Origin: Amoebidium appalachense
Taxonomy: Eukaryota > Protista > Ichthyosporea
Reading direction: 5' to 3'
DNA: 64,000 bases
NCBI GenBank assembly: GCA_963693365.1
Contig: CAVNZM010000011.1
Location: 1,240,001 to 1,304,000 of the forward strand
This document shows, one piece after another, positions 38,893 through 64,000 of this stretch. The notes under the pieces are model-generated. The model saw only the letters and a program-made list of their open reading frames with translations, had not been told where the DNA came from and did not search any database. Positions within the stretch are counted from its first letter, which is position 1, and each line of letters begins with the position of its first letter. The position numbers and the translations under genes were made by a program.

Positions 38893-40848
38893 CCCTAGGA
38901 ATCCGAGCGCAATCGATGATGGGAACAAAAATGTTCCCAGACTTCGAGCGATCCAGATTGGTCGATTTTATCGGCTCTTTCCAGGGATAGATCGCGATGA
39001 GCTTGCCATGTGAGTTTGTCGATGGGATCCCAACTTGTTTTGACCAGAGCGACGGCCTACATGCGCCTGTAGGCGTATACCTCAAGCGAGGTCAAGTCCG
39101 CGAAATGATCCGAAAACTGGCGGAACACCGGTGAAAATAAAGTAAACCGTCTTTTCAGCTGCGCAGCCTTGGGATAACGTGACTGAAGAGCACGGGAGGC
39201 AAAAATGTACACCTTTACATCGCTGATAAGACTGATGCAAAAGATGCCAAATGCATGCATGCACTCACGTCCATTAGAAGGTCCCATCTATTGAGTGTTG
39301 AAGCTATCCTATTGAGCATCCAGAAGCAATCGCACACGTAACTTTACTGTCATGCGGAAACAACTGTTATAAACCCCAAAGGACTTCTGTAAATCCGTAA
39401 AAAAAAACCAAAAAAAGAAAACATGGTTTTCATATAGCACAGAGATTTCAGACAACCGGAGAAGGAAGCCGTTTCGGCAATGGCGAGTTCGTGTGCTCGT
39501 GTAAGGCGCCAATATCATTGGTCATCAGAGTACGTAACGCGAATGCGGCCAATTTGTTTGTTGCCTGCTTTTCGTGGTTGTCCCATTATATAGCGTAAAC
39601 TGCTCATTATTTTTTATACAAAAACATAAATGTATAAAAATATTTATAGCATTACCACATGTAACTATTATAGGTGAGGTATTTTGCAACTAAAGACGCC
39701 TTAGACTGCCTTGAAACTGGCGGTCTCTTGTCGGATTTGTCCATTATCACGGCTAGCTTTCTCCAGACTGATCTCGCTCAGTACACGTTCCCATGCCCAG
39801 GCCTCGGTTGGTAGGGGCGGCCGATTCGCCCCGGACCTACAAAGCGCATCCATACTGTATATACGTATACGTAGACGTTTGCAACATGTACGTAGGGATG
39901 TACGTATGACACGGGAGAGTTTTGTACTTTACGTACGAGGTATACACAGGTATACGTATACTATGTTCCCTCATTTGCAGCGCTGGGCCATTTATGTATC
40001 GTTGGCAAATGCCTCGGTCAAGATAGTTTTCCCTCTATAAGATTTCGTTGCAAGCCACGTGCAATTGGGCAAACCTTGAAGGTTGCGGACGAAATCCACA
40101 CATATAATGCAAACACCTTTACTAAACTTCATTTTCTTTATAGAAGCAACTTAGGGTATAAAATTGAGCTCCACGACACTACCGTTGTGCGTAGCGCTAG
40201 CGTCGCGCCAGCTACGCGTACGTACGTACAGGCATGACGTCTACATCAGCATCTTACATGTGGAAGACCTGCTCCCGCGACCCAATCAACAGCTTGCAGG
40301 CCACGAAAAAGAATTTAGGAAATGTAGAGATATAGGGGCATGCCCCTACACACGAAACACGAAACAAAGAGTCAGAATACAGCACGCCCCTGATTTACGT
40401 ATTGCCTACATGTACAATACATACGCCTTTTGTAATCTCGCAAAATGGCATGCATGATGCGAGTGGAAAGGGCGTGTACATGTGCGCTAGTGCTTATCAC
40501 ACGTTGCCGCAGTGACGCCAAAGCTAATGAGCTGCTAATCAACCATTTGGCCAATCGATTTCTTAGCTCGCACTTTCATGCTGAGCCAATCACACACATC
40601 CCTCGCTCGCACATGGTTGTTCATGATGGCTTTCGAAAATCCGAAAGCACGCTTCCGGAACTCAGTTATATAGAAAAAGGGTCCTATAGAAAAATAAAAA
40701 GAGGCGTATAAACATGGCTAAAGCTGTTAGAAAACGTTTCTATGTCATCACATAATACTTGGACACAGCTTTTTCCATACTTGTGAGCCTTTTCCGCCCA
40801 ACCAGCACCTCTTGAAAACATATATATGGCCCACTCGGGTTAGTAGGG
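38893..40848. mobile_element. Non-autonomous piggyBac-type DNA transposon (~1.96 kb)
   Basis: TTAA at 38889-38892 and 40849-40852. Termini CCCTAGGAATCCGAGCG and CACTCGGGTTAGTAGGG match at 13/17 positions as inverted repeats and begin CCC. The interior lacks the host's poly-G/(CA)n texture. No transposase ORF seen. Confidence 0.72.
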
Positions 40849-41750
40849 TTAAGGCTTAAAGAAAAACACACAACTCTGGTTGGTGCATTAAAACTGACAT
40901 TTTTAGCAAATATTTTTAGTTGTCTGCAATCTCTGTTTGAAATTTCTGCAGAAAGGAGAGCGAGCGAGATTTTTTTCTTCTGAGACGCAATGCTATAATG
41001 ATCAATCTAATCATAAGACCTATAGCTAGAATTAATCAAAAAAAATAAGAAAAATAGTAAAAATCTATAGAGTACCTCAATATTTGTAGTTTACTTTGAA
41101 GTTTAATGTTTGTTTGTTATTTTCTTGGGTTTCTTGAAATCCCTGTTTGCGGTTTTTTTTGCCTCGCGTGTTTTCGGTAGTACCAGATCTAGTACTGTTA
41201 GGCAGCAGTCAGCCGATCTGATCAAACATTTTGCACCAGTCTCCGTCATTGCGATCTGATTGAATATCCTACGTCACTGTGGCATATTGGTCTTGCTGAG
41301 CCTGCGGCAGCTTGGCGGCTGGGCGCAGATCTAAATTTGGCGCCAAATAATCCAAATAGAAAGCTTGCCATAAAAGGTTATTATCTTGGCCCTCTGTACT
41401 ATATTAGTACACATCTCTTTATGGTGTACTATACATGGTCGCGTGGGCACTGGCACACGGCCGACCAAGTGGCTCACAAAAGCACACACGTGATACGACC
41501 ATACGACTTGCCGCGTTGGTTTGACGATCGATGCGTGCGTGCATGCATATCAGATATGCGAGTGTGTGTGTATGTGCACCCAAAAAGTGTATAGTTTGAG
41601 GTGTGCCGAGGTGTAGTTGGTGTGTCTGCAATTTGCGAGCTGAAAGTATGCATGTATAGAGCCTTGAGTGCACTTAAGAGTTGATAGCTACGTCCACCCA
41701 TCGGGTTAGTTTTTAAATGGCAACAATGATTCCTACGAAAAAATGGGAAC

Positions 41751-46147
<4,397 letters not shown>

Positions 46148-46867
46148 CACACATAGCTCAGTGTGTTTAGTGGGTCGATGTTTTGAGGGCATCAGATGAC
46201 ACCGTGTATGTGAGTTTTGTTTGCTTCTAGGCTTTTTTTTTTTTTTTTTTTTTTGGCTTTTGATAAAACGAAGGTGTCAGTGGTAACGAGGAGTGATAGT
46301 TGTTGCTGTTTTGATAAATGGGTCAAGGGGCAACGGATGAGTTTAATTAAGAAACATGTAATTACGTTGGCATGCACCTAGTGTTTTGTTTTGCCTGCTC
46401 TGTTGTTGCTATTGTTGTAAATTTGCCTTGTGGTAACCATAACATCTGTTGCATGAGGAAGACTTACACTTGTAATATCGGTCTGCGCGACAGACACAAA
46501 CAAGCCACACCGTACACGGTCACAATGTTCAGCCCAGACACACACACACACACACACCACATGTACATCTACTCACACATACCGGATGTGATAGTCCGAT
46601 CGATTATGTACTGCATGCCGAGCAAACCGACTATGGATTTGTGTGCCGTGTAATATTGATGGGTTGCCCCAACACGTGTCTGTGGCACGTTAGCCAACAA
46701 AATAAACCGGTGGCTGAGGTTTCTCTTATCATGCGGGTGGCATTCAAAATACACATCCGTCCCCATGCGCTATGACAGTAACATGAATGAAATTTATTAT
46801 TGGCCTTTCTTTTCTTTTTGATCAAAGTTCCCCCCCGGCCCGGGGGACCAGGCCGGACGAGGTGTGT

Positions 46868-46923
<56 letters not shown>

Positions 46924-47126
46924 AATACACGTGCGGAGTCCGAACGGTTTCCTCGTGCGCCCTATTGTGCCTGTCGTGATAGATCATTGCGCTCTAACAT
47001 TTCTTGGCGCCATGATATGAAGTGTACCAACTGCATGATCGATATCTGGAATTGCCACACTTTACAAGTGACGTCGTCTTTGATTATTTACAACTAACAT
47101 AAAAAGCTGCCATGCACACACACACA

Positions 47127-47210
<84 letters not shown>

Positions 47211-48028
47211 GCTGTTTATGGCAAGGTATTTCAAGACTTTAAAACTGAAGTTTTATTAATGGACCAGGTGCACGTGGTGATGGTGCACATGGTGGTGGTG
47301 GTGGGCCCCGCGGGGGGGGGGGGGGGGGGGGGGGGATTTTATCGACCGTCGTCGATCAGCCACTATGGTTGCCGGGCTTTGGTAATACCTATACATTTTC
47401 AAGTACGGTATCGATATTGTAGTAAGCATACACAGGGCACAGACTGCAAAGGTTTATTTTCCTCCTTTTATTTCCATATATCATTGTGATATTGTGACCA
47501 TGAGGTTCAGCTGAGAAGTTTTATGTTCACCTTCAAAAGGGCGTTGTGGATATAGAAAATGCTACATCCCATTAGGCTGTGTCACGGCTGTACATGTCTC
47601 CTACTGCTAATATCAAGCAATATAAAGGGCTGCAGAACATTTCACTCAGTCTCTACACTTCTTTTAAAATCACGTGGACGCTCTAGTTTAAATAAACGAC
47701 ATTGCTTTTTCCTACAGAAATGCCATCACGTATTTTTCTTCTTTGAAGTTGATACAAACATACAGAATAGCCATGTTAGATCATGAACATTCAAAAAGAC
47801 ACCACATTCACGCCGGTATGTTGAGTTAACTCGGGCACATTCAGTATTTTCTGCCAAATTGAGTGCAACATTCACATCGTTCATAACAACCATTAGCAGC
47901 AACGCTTCATACACCGTCAACGTACCCCCTACAAATCACCAAGATAAAAAATACATACACACAGAAAAAAAAGGTGTTGTTTTAAAGAGCCGAACTGCAT
48001 GCTCCCCTAGGCGTAAGGTGGACTGCAC

Positions 48029-64000
<15,972 letters not shown>

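Noticed and set aside
38880-38897. TAGGGTTA/TAACCCTA as telomeric repeat or telomerase template
   Set aside because: Single units only, explained by the piggyBac terminus plus TTAA.
38893-40848. Transposase or Fanzor/TnpB cargo in the piggyBac-type element
   Set aside because: Longest ORFs are about 110 aa and I see no DDD, RuvC or Cys-rich motifs.

Overview
Eukaryotic, intron-rich genomic DNA. The gene set (KIF24-type kinesin-13, Munc13-like, RABL6) suggests a holozoan or opisthokont, probably unicellular; this is inference. Introns are packed with poly-C/poly-G runs and (CA)n/(GT)n, so almost all long ORFs in the supplied track are repeat artefacts. Manual splicing with phase checks gives five multi-exon genes: a secreted GH3 beta-xylosidase/glucosidase (-, runs off the left edge), a SAM-domain kinesin-13 (KIF24-like, +), RABL6 (-), PRPP synthetase (+) and a C2-MUN Munc13-family gene (-, starts off the right edge). 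There is also an intronless DUF4149-like membrane-protein gene, an intronic tRNA-Thr(UGU), a 1.96-kb non-autonomous piggyBac-type element, a 631-bp PIF/Harbinger-superfamily-like MITE and several minisatellites, including a near-perfect 106 x 30-bp intronic array. The best unexplained leads are: (i) an orphan CCAAT/TATA-driven unit at 19.2-20.3 kb carrying an array of repeated hairpins or microexon-like cassettes; (ii) intronic minisatellites whose every unit contains a 5' splice-site consensus on the sense strand; (iii) two candidate structured small RNAs. None is proven from sequence alone.
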